From Balanoglossus misakiensis (taxonomy: Eukaryota > Animalia > Hemichordata), in assembly GCA_040954595.2 (NCBI GenBank), contig CM082588.2, positions 11,047,298 to 11,111,297 on the forward strand: 64,000 nucleotides of DNA, in the 5' to 3' direction. The notes beneath the pieces were generated by a model. It was not told the DNA's origin, did not search any database, and was given only the letters and a program-made list of their open reading frames with translations. Position numbers and translations under genes: made by a program. This document shows positions 12,060 to 23,722 of the stretch, one piece after another; position 1 is the first letter of the stretch; every line of letters begins with the position of its first letter.

Positions 12060-12350
12060 CCATTCTGATTGGACGAGAGATCAATCCATCGATACGAAAG
12101 TACTCAATAGAGCACTGCTAAAACTGGCCCCTGAACTAATAGCATGCAACAGGGAAAACTTGACTAAATAAAAAAAAATATAGCTGATAAATTTACGGAC
12201 GGCCGGTTTATTTTTTAACTGCTCTAATGGAACTGTTGTCACTGTCATGCACGATGCATGTCTTGTCATTGCGCACTCGTGTTAACATTCATCAGAGCGC
12301 CTTTCGATCAATTCGTAACGTTTACATTAGACTCGAGTTCATTTTCGTTA
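12060..12350 (+). repeat. Dispersed repeat, also present in the foldback spacer (15615-15910)
   Basis: Shared CTGATTGGAC...TACTCAATAGAGCACTGCTAAAACTGGCCCCTGAACTA plus colinear downstream motifs (GGAACTG, TTGTCAT, CATTCAT, TTCGTAAC). Confidence 0.8.
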
Positions 12351-13119
12351 TGAAAATGACATTGATATACACAAAGTCGATTACTGATATAAAATAATAG
12401 CAATAACCCTAACCATAGATTAGGCTATAGCATTCCGGTAATTTTTTCAATATCACTCAGGAAGGATTCTATAACATTCTGTTTTGTATCGGGATGTATA
12501 ATTTAATATCCATACTACAAAACAAATATCAGCGGTAACTCAGAAAATATTGTTGAAAATTTGTTCTCTGTAGGCCTAACCATGGTAAGATAATGCAATG
12601 CCGGTAAGTATTTTGGAAGTCAAGGTTGCATTGTATTGTCTGGTGTTCAAATAATCACAAACATCCCGGAAGACTAAATTCTTTCTGTCAAAACCACTTC
12701 TGCAACGACAAGATTTTTCAGGGCAGGCAAAACCATGGCATGAAGACGATATGAAGTCGATGAGTTAATGTTATGTTGAACCCGGCCACTTTACGTATCT
12801 TAACTATTCACACATTGACCATTCTATAATTCTCTCCCTTTTGATGTCTTCTTTGTGGTTTGTTTGTAAAAATGTTGCCTGTGTTGAAACTTGACTACTT
12901 GTCACTTTTGCCTACCAAGAATAATATGACCAAAAGGGGTGGCATGAAATTCTAGACTGTAACAAAACTCGATTTCATGACCCAAAGTTTGATTTTATGT
13001 GTTTTTGGTTTGGACGTGGCAAAGACATGTAAATTCCGACCACCTATACACCATCCATACATGTATGAATCGACATCATTTATTGCACGAGAGACTTCAA
13101 GCAAGCATTCCATCATCGC

Positions 13120-13150
13120 AAAAGGACAAAGAGAGAGCGACTTTGTCTCT
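13120..13150. mobile_element. Isolated terminus of Kolobok family A
   Basis: AAAAGGACAAAGAGAGAGCGACTTTGTCTCT followed by TTAA; resembles 10270-10304. Confidence 0.55.
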
Positions 13151-13869
13151 TTAAAGTAATTTAGCAAGTTCAAAGTGAATGCCCACATGAAAACCTTTAC
13201 TCAGCAATTTTTTTTGTAATTAATAAAACTAGGTTTGGTATGTTTTTGCGCTTGTTTTATTTTCCTTTTGTCTATAAATAGTCGTATATTTTAAAACAGC
13301 TAAAATGAGTCAAATGGGGCATTTTTCCATCCCACCTCATCCTAGCTAAGAGCTTCAGTGCCGGTCACCTCCACAAAATTAATTTACCACGAACAAATTG
13401 AAATACAGCCAATCGGAAAAAGTGCGCCACCACATGGTCATTTGAAGACTTTTATGCTCTCTTCTGGCCGTAAACGCATGTGATCTGGAATAAATCGAAC
13501 ATCGATCGTGTTTTATTTATTTTCACCACCAGCGAAAATCTACGACGGCCCAACCGCAGATTATTGCTGCTCCATACAACAACCGGCTTAAACTGTTCTG
13601 TGCATGTGTTTTGTGTTCTGGTGGCGTTTGCGGGTCTGAGACGTCATTTGTAGAAGGCCCTATTCGTTTTCTACCAATAACTTTTACCAACCATGCTAGA
13701 ACTATTTCGTTTTCTTTGACGACGCTTGACACTTTTCTTGCTTTGTTGTTAGTACATGTAGTTTGTTTGTTCGTTACGTCTGTTACTGGGGTTCTTCACT
13801 TGTAGTCTGGTTACACTATGAGATAGGTGCCGTTAATCAGAATTTTTGGTAAGGAAGGTTTGAGAAGTC

Positions 13870-15130
13870 CATTCTATGTAAAAAATGGTGCTCATTCCAA
13901 AAAAGTCAGTCTTATTAACCCCACTCAAGACAAAATTGCCATTTTGGCCATTTTTAACCCCAAAATGGTCTTTTTTAGAAAACACTAAAAACACATTGTT
14001 TTCGTCACATTCTGAGATCTGATAACATATGATATGCTTATTCTATGTAAAATTTGGTGAATATTACGAAAAAAGTAGTTCGATTGACCCAAAACAACAG
14101 AAAATTGCCTTTTTGACCAATTTTTGCCCCAAAAACGTCATTTTTAGAAAAAAAATAAAACACACGGTTTTCTTCATAATGATTGATCTGGTGATATATG
14201 GAAAGTCAATTCTATGTTAAAAGTGGTGACTTTAAAAAATAAAGCAGTCTTTTTGACCTCAATCAATACAAAAATGCCATTTTTGGCCACTTTTTGTGGT
14301 CAAAAAAGGTCATTTTTACAAAAAAACTAAAAATAAATTGTGTTTATCATATTCAGAGATCATTGGATATATGAAATGTCCATTCTATGTAAAAAATGGT
14401 GCTGATTCCAGAAATAGCAGTCTTATTGACCCTACTCAAGAAAAAATGCCATTTTTGCCACTTTTTGCCCCAAAACGTCATTTTCAGAAAACACACAAAA
14501 TTTATATATTTTCTTCACTTTCGGAGATCTGATAATGTATTATATGCCCACCCTATGTAAAATCTGGTGATTATTCGAAAAAAGCAGATTTATTGACCCA
14601 ACCTAATGCAAAAATGCCCTTTTGGAAAGTTTTTGCCCAAAAAGGCCATTTTTAGAAAAAAATTTAAAAACAAACTTTTCTTCATAAAGCTCAGAGATCA
14701 TGTGATATATGAAATGTTCATCCTATGTAAAAAATGGTGCTGATTCCAGAAATAGCAGTCTTATTGATCCTACTCAAGAAAAAATGCCATTTTGCCACTT
14801 CTTGCCCCCAAAACGTCATTTTCAGAAAACACTCAAAATTTATATATTTTCTTCACTTTCGGAGATCTGATAATGAATTATATGCCCACTGTATGTGAAA
14901 AATTTCCAAAAAAGCAGTTTTATTGATGCCACTCAAGATAAAAGTGCCTTTTTGGCAAGTTTTTGCCCAAAAAGTGTCATTTCTAGAAAATACGAAAATT
15001 ATGCCATTTTCTTCCCATTGGTGATCAAATGATAAATAAAAGTACTAAAAAACCCACTCTTACTGACCCCACTGAGGGAAAAAAATATCATTTTGGCCTC
15101 TTTGCTCAAAAAGGTAACTGTTAGAAAAAA
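13870..15130 (+). repeat. ~170-bp tandem array, left foldback arm (~7 units)
   Basis: TTCTATGTAAAA-type motif recurs at ~13872, 14041, 14210, 14383, 14552, 14722, 14891. Phased A/T tracts. Confidence 0.9.
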
Positions 15131-15949
15131 TAAATACAAACTTATTCCTTAATATTCAGAGCCCTTGTGATGTATGTAAATTCGTTTTTTGTGTGTGTGT
15201 GTGTGCAAAAAATATGCTGATACCAGCACAACGGTCTTATTGAGACACCCCGCTCAGTACAAAATTGCCATTTAGCCATCTTTTGGTCAACAATAGGCAT
15301 TTTCAGAAAACAAATATAATTGATGTTTTTGCCTTTTGTGTTCTGATGTTGTATATGCATATTTAAAACGCCATAACCATATAATGTCAATTAAATTGAT
15401 GATATTGAAAGACAGGGTTGCCACAATTTGGCAAATTTAGCCCAAAACTGAACTTAACAATAAGATGATCCATGTATACGCACTGTCTACTATAAGTCGA
15501 TTATGCGTGGTGTGGAATATTTAGGTTCAGATATGCCAGCTCGGGAGAGAGTGTTGAAATTTATTCTCTTCAATCTGAATACAAAATCAGAAATTATATT
15601 ATAATTTATATCATACTGATTGGACAGGAGTGCAACGATGCTAGAATACTCAATAGAGCACTGCTAAAACTGGCCCCTGAACTAGCACGCAGCAGGGAAA
15701 ATGTGGGTTTAAACTAAATAAACATAAAACCCTTGACGTTTTAATTTGGAACTGCTGTATGGGAATATTTGGGCAATGTGCAATGCCTTTCTTTTGTCAT
15801 CTGTATCATGTTTAGAGCTTGGTCCCGGGCGGCGTGTTTACATTCATTGACGCGAGTTTTGTTCCATTCGTAACTTCTTTTCCTCTCGACGCTGTTTCAT
15901 CATCATTATGAGTTCAACTTGGGCTAATTTTGCAAAAACTCCAAATACA

Positions 15950-17745
15950 AACATTTTTTCGGTACAAAATGGCTAAAATGATAATTTTTTCTTGAGTAGA
16001 TCTATTTTTGGCTACAAACAGCAAAAAAGGCAATTTTGACAACCAGAGTGCCGTTTTTGGAATAGTCACCAAATTTTACACAGAATGGACTTTTCATACA
16101 TGATCAGATCTCTGAATATGGAGAAAACAATTTGTCTTTAGTTTGTTTGTTTTTAATGAACATTTTTGACCAAAAAAGTGGCCGAAATTACAAATTTCAA
16201 TTGAATAGGGTAAGTAAGACTTCCGTTTTTGGAACAGTAACCACGTTTCAATATAGAATGGGCTTTTATTTATAATAAGATCACCGAAAGTGAAGAAAAG
16301 AGAATGCTTATTAATATATTCTTAAAAATAACAATTTTGTGCAAAACTTAGCCAAAAAGGTGATTTCGTCATGGTTGAGGTCATTAAGACTGCATTTCTG
16401 GAATCAACACCTATTTTACAATAAATGTACTTTTCACACATCATAGAATCTCCAAATAAGAATCAAACAGTTTGTTTATAATGATTTTCGAAAAGTGGCT
16501 TTTTGGGCAAAAACTTGTCAAAAAAGCACTGTTTTCTTGAGTGGCGCTAGTAATTTTTTTTTGAATTTTTTCACATAGAGTGGGTACATAATACATCATC
16601 ATCTCCGAAAGTGAAGAAAATATAAAAGTTTTGGGTGTTTTCTAGAAATGACACTTTTTGGGCAAAAACTTGCCAAAGGGCACTTTTATCTTGGGTGGCA
16701 TCAATAAAACTGCTTTTTTGGAAATTTTTCACATAAAGTGGGCATATAATACATTATCAGATCTCCGAAAGTGAAGAAAATATATAAATTTTGAGTGTTT
16801 TCTGAAAATGACGTTTTTGGGGCAAAAAGTGGCAAAAATGGCATTTTTTCTTGAGTAGGATCAATAAGACTGCTATTTCTGGAATTAGCACCATTTTTTA
16901 CATAGGTTGAACACTTCATATATCACATGATCTCTGAGCTTTATGAAGAAAAGTTTGTTTTTAATTTTTTTTTCTAAAAACGGCCTTTTTGGGTAATAAC
17001 TTTCCAAAAGGGCATTTTTGCATTAGGTTGGGTCAATAAATCTGCTTTTTTGGAATAATCACCAAGTTTTACATAGGATGGGCATATAAGTGAAGAAAAT
17101 ATATAAATTTTGAGTGTTTTCTAAAAATGACGTTTTGGGGCAAAAAGTGGCAAAAATGGCATTTTTTTTCTTGAGTAGGGTCAATAAGACTGCTATTTCT
17201 GAAATCAGCACCGTTTTTTACATAGAATGGACACTTCATATATCCAATGATCTCTGAATATGAAAAACACAATTTATTTTTAGTTTTTTTGTAAAAATGA
17301 CCTTTTTTGACCTCAAAAAGTGGCCAAAAATGGCATTTTTGTATTGATTGAGGTCAAAAAGACTGCTTTTTTTTTAAAGTCACCACTTTTAACATAGAAT
17401 TGACTTTCCATATATCACCAGATCAACTATTATGAAGAAAACCGTGTTTTTTAATTTTTTTCTAAAAATGACGTTTTTTTGGCAAAAAATGGTCAAAAAG
17501 GCAATTTTCTGTTGTATTGGGTCAATCGAACTATTTTTTTCGTAATATTCACCAAATTTTACATAGAATAGGCATATCATATGTCATCAGATCTTAGAAT
17601 GTGACGAAAACAGTGTGTTTTTTGTGTTTTCTAAAAAAACACCATTTTTGGGTTAAAAATGGCCAAAATGGCAATTTTGTCTTGAGTGGGGTCAATAAGA
17701 CTGACATTTTTGGAATCAGCACCATTTTTTACATAGAATGGACCT
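15950..17745 (-). repeat. ~170-bp tandem array, right foldback arm (~10-11 units)
   Basis: Reverse complement of the left arm unit by unit: ORF 14029..14220(+) is near-identical to ORF 17389..17580(-). Inner units are more degenerate. Confidence 0.9.
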
Positions 17746-17984
17746 CTCAAACCTTCCTTACCAAAAATTCTGATTAACGGCATCTAGCTCCTGGACTAGG
17801 TCCCCTGCCCCATTCCCACTGCCATCGGCGCTACGCTCAAGGGCGCAGCCAGCGGTGGGAATGGGGCAGGGAACAGACTACTTCACTTGTGGAATAAAGT
17901 GCTCATTTCTTGTGTATCTGCATTTTGTCGATGTTATCGCTCCTCTGGCAGAGAAGCCAGGGTGCTAGCTGTTGGCTTTAATAA

Positions 17985-18239
17985 GGGACTGTTCAGAATT
18001 TACTTCCAGGGGGCGGAGAATTTTCAGAGGGGGGGGGGGGACCACCCATTTTCTCCAAGACAAATTAGGGGAGACTAGACATAAAAGTCACAATAGGGGG
18101 ACCATGGAAAATCCCCAGGAAATTTAAGGGGGGACCACATATTTCCTCCACAATTTACTAGGGGAGACCATGGGAAAAAATCACCAGGAAAATAAAAAAT
18201 CCTCCATCCCCAACTTGGAAGTAAATTCTGAACAGTCCT
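17985..18239. mobile_element. PIF/Harbinger-type MITE (255 bp)
   Basis: TIR GGGACTGTTCAGAATTTACTTCCA / TGGAAGTAAATTCTGAACAGTCCT. Flanks are TAA / TCA (imperfect 3-bp TSD). Internal GGGGACCA subrepeats. Confidence 0.8.
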
Positions 18240-19737
18240 TCATGGTTGTTTGTTTGTTTGTTTGCCTGTTTGTTTATTCGTATCTTTGTTTGTTTGTGTA
18301 TTCTATCTCATTTAATATGATGCTTCTGTCACATTTGGCATTTACTGTCGCATAAACAATGACCAAACCGACTCGACTGCGTTTGGATGCACGATGGACT
18401 TAAGAGTGAATCCATCGGTGTTTACCGGCCAAAACAAAACCGTTTGATTTCTTTAACACTGTTGCAACAAGTGAGACCCTAGTACATGTAGTATATAAAT
18501 CAGAAGTCCGGTGCATGTTTGCCAGTGACACCTACCACAAAATGGTATCGCCCAAATAATGTTGGGCGCGCCCGTGGAAGTTATAAGCCCGGCGCTTTTT
18601 CCTCATGATTAATAAAACAGTTAACACAACATTGGAAATTCAGCCAATTTGTCCCTGTTTTGTAGAAATAGTGCGAGCTATACATGGCGAAAAGTTTTTC
18701 AAAAAATAGATCAAAATGGGAATTCAAATTAGTGAATATTATTGGCACTTACAGAGTTTTAATTCAAAATAGAGGATTCATTCCAATGAATATGCAAGTC
18801 AAGAAGTCACATAGGGATCATGACAATGACCTATTGATCATGTCATGATGATTATGTACAAGAGAGAAGTAAAAAACTGGTTATTGCTTGAATTTCATGT
18901 TTCTTTTTAATCAGATGTAGTCAACAGTCTTTCAACAAGTCTATAACATGATTTTGAAATGATTTTCAAAAGTACACAATTCCATACGAAAATGTTACTT
19001 TAAGATTTGTAAATTTTTCTGTATATTTGAGTTCACGTGCATAGGCTGACTCAAACATTCTTTGCATCAACATTTACCGTCCTTTCAAAAATCTTGCCTG
19101 TAGTCCAGGTTTTACATTTGCACTTAATAGCATTATAACACCATCATGTCATCCACATGTTACCCTCACAGCCAGTCACTGTGTGTATATTGTGATTCAT
19201 GAAGTACATGTAGTGCTACATATTTTTTGTGGAGATGAGACACACACACACATAGCAACCGATAGACAGACTGCTTGATAATATACTCTGACTGATCCCT
19301 AAAGCTGAAACTTGTATGTGTTTGTACATACAACACAAAGGAACTAAAAATAGGGCATTCACATAGGGACCATTGAAAGTTTTCTGAAACATCTCAACTC
19401 AAACATTGACATAAAAAATACTTTGTGAACAATTAAAGTCTTCCTGGAACGTTTCAGATTTGAGACGGTTTTGCCAGCCAGACCTGATCCGGTGTAATGA
19501 TTAACACCTCTTCGCAACCCATTGTCTATGGGGCCGAGCCTCGCAGTGCCTATACATAAACTTTGTGTGTGTGGACACAAACGACTCAAAGGATTAATGC
19601 TCTGTGTTTACCATAGGCAAATAGTGTCTCAAATTTTTCCCTGCCTGAACCTGGTATCTGAAATGTTTCTCATTTTACCCAGTGTAAACATGGTGAAAGA
19701 CAAAATGTCCTATACCTGTATAACATAGATCATAAAT

Positions 19738-20197
19738 TTATAATACCAGGGTTTACTTGGTCTGATTGAAGCTCTGTAATTGGTTGAAGCAAGGGTTTTT
19801 ATTACATATGTACCGTCGATTACTTGCACCGAGCGCGCGCGTAACATCGGTATTTGCACTCAGTGCAATACCAAAAACATTATGCTATACCTGTATGCAA
19901 ATGAGTGGCCTGTTCACGAAACAAGCAATATCATTCCGCGGTCTCATTTCTTTCATTTTCGGTCTTTTTTTCAAAATGGGATGAACATATGTAATAAAAA
20001 CAGAACCCCATGGCTCAATCGTGCAAGCACGGCGTACCGGTAGTATTTGCACTCGTGCTGGCGGTGTATTCTTGCTGCCCCCCGCACGAGCGACAGCGAG
20101 TGCGGGGGACGGGCACAAGAATACACCGCCAGACACTCGATGCAAATACTACCGTTACGCCGTGCTTGCACGATCGAGCCATGGGGTTCTGTCATAA
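19738..20197. mobile_element. Hairpin-bearing non-autonomous element, Crypton-like layout
   Basis: A ~190-bp GC-rich near-perfect palindrome at 20000-20192 centred on CGAGCGACAGCGAG. Second IR TTTTTATTACATATGT/ACATATGTAATAAAAA (19796-20000). Short direct termini TTATAA/TCATAA and no TIR. The superfamily call is inferred. Confidence 0.55.
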
Positions 20198-20816
20198 CAT
20201 TCTCTACTAGAAGACCTGAACAGTAAATAACTGAAATAAAATACACAAAAGAGAATGCATCTGAATAGAACACAATTTATTAACTTGGATTGGTCATGGG
20301 CATCAGGGCGCTCTACTTAAGAAATTCTAGAACATGTTTGTACAAGTGGCATTTTCATGAGCAGTGAGCAACGAGGCCTTTCTGGCATGTAATACTTAAA
20401 ATCCAAACATCAGATTTTTTATCACACAAAATCATATTATATATAATGACATTATAAATGGTGTGCGCTTATATTTGGTTACGGATTTAAAACCTCTTTG
20501 AGGAAAATTTTGCAGAGAGGTCTTGTATCTACAACCAAATAACCACTATGTTCATATCATTCAGATTGCTCAGTACTATCAGCGAGTTCACCAGTGGTTT
20601 CCAGAAATCTATAGGCTAAACATATGCCATTTTCATTGTGCCTCCCCCCATCTATTTCAATACAATAAATAATGGCTGGCTTGATTTTTCACCAGGACTT
20701 TTAAACAATAGTTTTTGTTAAGATATAGACAACATTCCAGATGTGTATGAAAACTCGAGGAAAATAATAACATTTGACCTGTCATCAGTTGTGAATTAAT
20801 TAAATATTTTCATAAA

Positions 20817-21391
20817 CTACACATTATAATCAAATTTAAACTCGTATGTAATGAATAATCGTCTCAACATAAGAGCTGCTAAGGCTAGACTCAACAGCAC
20901 TATCAACACGAAAGAATTACTATTTTCTTGCTGACGTATCTGGCGATTATTCTGATTTGATAGTGTGTCGTTTCTTCTTCTGGGTTGCTCATACCCTTGC
21001 TGGCTGACATTTCTTTGTCGTATGTTTGTCTCTGTGGTAGCATTGTCATTGGCATTTCTCTGGGGGTGTTTTCTGTGTTGGCAGTTGCAGGTTCTGGTGC
21101 TAGGGGAGTGTTGACATCTGCCTGGGGTGTTGCATCGGCTGGCGGTTGAACGGTGTTGTCGTTGTTCGATGCCGCATCTCTGTGTCGTGGCGGCTGTCCG
21201 GCTCCTGCAAACGCAGCGTACTGAGACACGAATGGGTTCGGGTATGACATCTGCTGGAAGTGTTGCTGGTATGCTGCGGCTGGATAGGGTGGGGGTTGTT
21301 GGTTCGCAGAAGCTACAGGCTGGGGTGTGTTTGTGCTTGTGCTTGTTGTGGCAGTATCAGCAGAGGTTGCTATGCTTTTCTTTGTCTCTTC
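20817..21391 (-). pseudogene. UBE2J1: Last coding exon of a UBE2J1-like ER tail-anchored ubiquitin-conjugating enzyme, with one frameshift
   Basis: Acceptor tttttatcctccacAG, then the phase-0 frame EETKKSIATS...QQPPPYP...MSYPNPF...ENTP. The -1 frame continues NANDNATTETNIRQRN...SFVLIVLLSLALAALMLRRLFITYEFKFDYNV-TAG, which matches the recalled human UBE2J1 C-terminus (VLIVILTLALAALIFRRIYLANEYIFDFEL). AATAAA lies at 20276-20281(-). It may be an intact gene with an assembly indel. Confidence 0.8.
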
Positions 21392-21412
21392 CTGTGGAGG
21401 ATAAAAAGAACA

Positions 21413-21650
21413 CAGTGTTTTTGCAAAGGTCGGGGAACACTGGTAATGGATTTGGGAACCCCGTTAATATTCCTATAACCTCCTAATATAACCACATTGA
21501 TACACCCAGGGGAACCCCGGTAAAATGACTGGGGAACTCTGGTAGACTGCCTGACCACTGTGACATTGGCCTTGTTCTGTTGTTTTAATTCGGAGTGACT
21601 GGGGTACTCCGGTAGATTTTATCTAGGTACCGCCCTTAACAAAAACACTA
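21413..21650. mobile_element. hAT-like MITE (238 bp) with 5-bp TSD
   Basis: TIR CAGTGTTTTTGCAAAGG / CCTTAACAAAAACACTA. Flanking GAACA at 21408-21412 and 21651-21655. Internal GGGGAACYCYGGTA repeats. Confidence 0.7.
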
Positions 21651-21696
21651 GAACAGAATCACAATTTGGAAGGCATGAGAGGCAAATACCACTTAA

Positions 21697-22090
21697 GGAT
21701 GTACACGCACAACATAAACTGATAAACAGTGCATGTGTGTCTGTTCCTGAAAGGATTACATCGATAATTGCCAGAAAACAAACTTCTACTATTGTCTTTT
21801 TCACGAAATTTTACACATAGCTCAGTCAAGTAAACGTAAATTCATTGGTCAAAAAAAATTATGTGGTCACCAAGCTCTATTATGAGATAAATTGCGTTAA
21901 AATCTTCGCCCATAGACAAACCATTGGTGAAAAATGCTGAGACAGCAAATTTCTTCTATTATCAACTAAATTCATGGCTCTGTATTTTTTTTAAAAAGGG
22001 CAATGACCCCTACAATTTTTAACGAATTCTCATTATACATACACAGCATAATCCAAAAATCCACAATTAAAAGAATGACAATACTTTCAA
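21697..22090 (-). mobile_element. Kolobok-type element, family B (one terminus retained)
   Basis: TTAA|GGATGTAC terminus. The reverse complement aligns along 31400-31745. Confidence 0.75.
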
Positions 22091-22389
22091 CGTGTATAAT
22101 ACCAGCATACACCTGTTTCAAGTCCAGTGTCCTAATACACCATCATCATGAATTGGAACTCAAAGCAAGGCCAATGAGCAAACCCAGATTGACAACTCAT
22201 TACACCAGCAAAGTGGTTTCTTTATGGAAGTGGTGGTACCAATAAATACTTTATTCAAGGTAAGAATTTCTTATTGTAGCAGTATTTTCATTTCCATTCA
22301 TGTTTTAAAGGCCTTTTTTGTAGATTCTGAGTTTCTATGCCAGACAAAGTATGATTATTTTTCCACTAATGCAGCCTGAATTAAAGTCA

Positions 22390-22638
22390 ACATTTTTCAC
22401 CATAGGTCTTTCTATGTTATTTTTCTATAGGCATGGACACATTTAAGTTTATCTCAAAACTGAGCACAGTGGTGAGCCTACAACTTATATGAATCACTCA
22501 ATTTAATTTCATTTGGATGAGTTATGAGTGAAACTTCTTAAAATTACAATAGTAGAAAAGGGTTTTCTATCAATTCTTAATGTTATCCTATGGGAAGAAA
22601 CACATTCCATGAGCTCATACATGTAGTGTGTGCCATTC
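22390..22638 (+). mobile_element. Diverged relative of Kolobok family B
   Basis: Shares TTTATCTCAAAA, ACAATAGTAGAA, GTTTTCTA and CCTATGGGAAGA with 31550-31730. Ends GTGTGCCATTC|TTAA. Confidence 0.6.
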
Positions 22639-22669
22639 TTAACCCTTTCAGTATTATATGAATCAGATA

Positions 22670-22805
22670 TAGAAGCTTGTTCAACGTCCCGTTGCGGCCA
22701 AGCCAATCAGATTGCACGTTATGTCAATCAAAACTGAAGGATACCTAAAGTTCTCTATAAGGCACCGTCTGATTGGTTTACTAGAGTTTTCAACGGGAGC
22801 TTCTA
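22670..22805. repeat. Small imperfect palindrome with TAG..CTA ends (possible MITE)
   Basis: Paired arms TAGAAGCT/AGCTTCTA, CCCGTTG/CAACGGG and CCAATCAGA/TCTGATTGG. No TSD seen. Confidence 0.5.
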
Positions 22806-23722
22806 TGGGAGTTGGTCAGATGTAGTGTGAGGCGACAGTATAAGAATACCGTACTGCGAAGTAAAAGACGTCGCCGTACCCTACATCTGATTTTAATCAG
22901 ATTGTATGCACACATAAGCTGGTTTAGAATACTGATAAACCCTGATGAAACAATCTCAGTAAAATATATACAGATGAGAATGAGAATGCAGTTAAAGTTA
23001 AATATACATTCGTTGTATCTTTTGGCTTTATTTCCAGTATTTTTGTTCTATGTAGCAAATGCGATTTCATGTTCTACTCCACACAGATTGTTACTTGTCA
23101 GCACAGAATGTATGTGTATAATGGCCATTGTCATTGTTGACAATAATTCATGGATTCTAGTCTGGACTTAAATTCCAATTTGGCACAATAACAATGCTGA
23201 CCATACACATATATGTTTCATCATGTTTCGGGAATTTGCACAAGAAACTGCTAAACAAAGATACTGAAAACATAGGAAAAAGGTAAAGGTAATGGAGCTT
23301 TAATTACAATTCACACTGTATACAAAATCCATGTAAAAATTCAAAATACTGGATTTGTCAGCTTCAACTGATATGAGGGTCACACAAGAAATTGCTAAAA
23401 CGTCTCAGATCAAATACTGGCATAAATTATTATTGGTGAATGGTTTAAGTGGTCCTGAATCTTCTCAGATTTGAGACACGTCTCTTACCAGGTTCACACA
23501 GGGTAAAATTTGAGACACTATTAGTCTATGGTAAACACAGAGCGTTAATACTTTGGGGGGGGGGGGGGTTAGCTGGGCAGGCCCGCCCTCCTTTATTTTT
23601 TGCCACCCTGCTATCTTACGCGCCGCCCTGCTTTCTTTTCATTCCCGCCTTGGTAAATATTTATTGTTTCTGGTGCACGCTCCCGCATGCGGCTGGCATT
23701 TGAGAGAATGATATTTATTCAG

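Larger units (their letters stand above)
13803..17880. mobile_element. Non-autonomous DNA transposon with TAG..CTA ends and 9-bp TSD (Academ/AcademH-like) containing a 4-kb foldback
   Basis: TSD CTTCACTTG at 13794-13802 and 17881-17889. Short TIR TAGTCTG/CAGACTA. Internal inverted arms run 13820->~15130 and ~15950->17790. A second GC-rich hairpin lies at 17801-17872. Confidence 0.8.

Noticed and set aside
14029-17580. Paired ORFs on opposite strands in the foldback arms
   Set aside because: Mirror translations of non-coding 170-bp repeats.
13870-17745. 170-bp foldback unit as ancestor of the 78-bp satellite
   Set aside because: Only short AT-rich resemblance (GGTGA..AAAAAA), which composition can explain. 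An alignment against shuffled controls would be needed.
13820-17790. Sola3 element (GAG..CTC long TIRs)
   Set aside because: No TTAA TSD at these positions. The clear TSD lies outside, at 13794 and 17881.
18399-18800. TTAA|GAG start suggesting a Sola3-like element
   Set aside because: No matching right terminus was found.
19780-20273. Overlapping ORFs on both strands
   Set aside because: Products of the GC-rich palindrome, with no recognisable domain.
20903-21250. Standalone 115-aa protein as listed in the ORF track
   Set aside because: It is part of a spliced exon. The open frame begins at the acceptor (21391) and its last ~50 residues are off-frame relative to the conserved tail.
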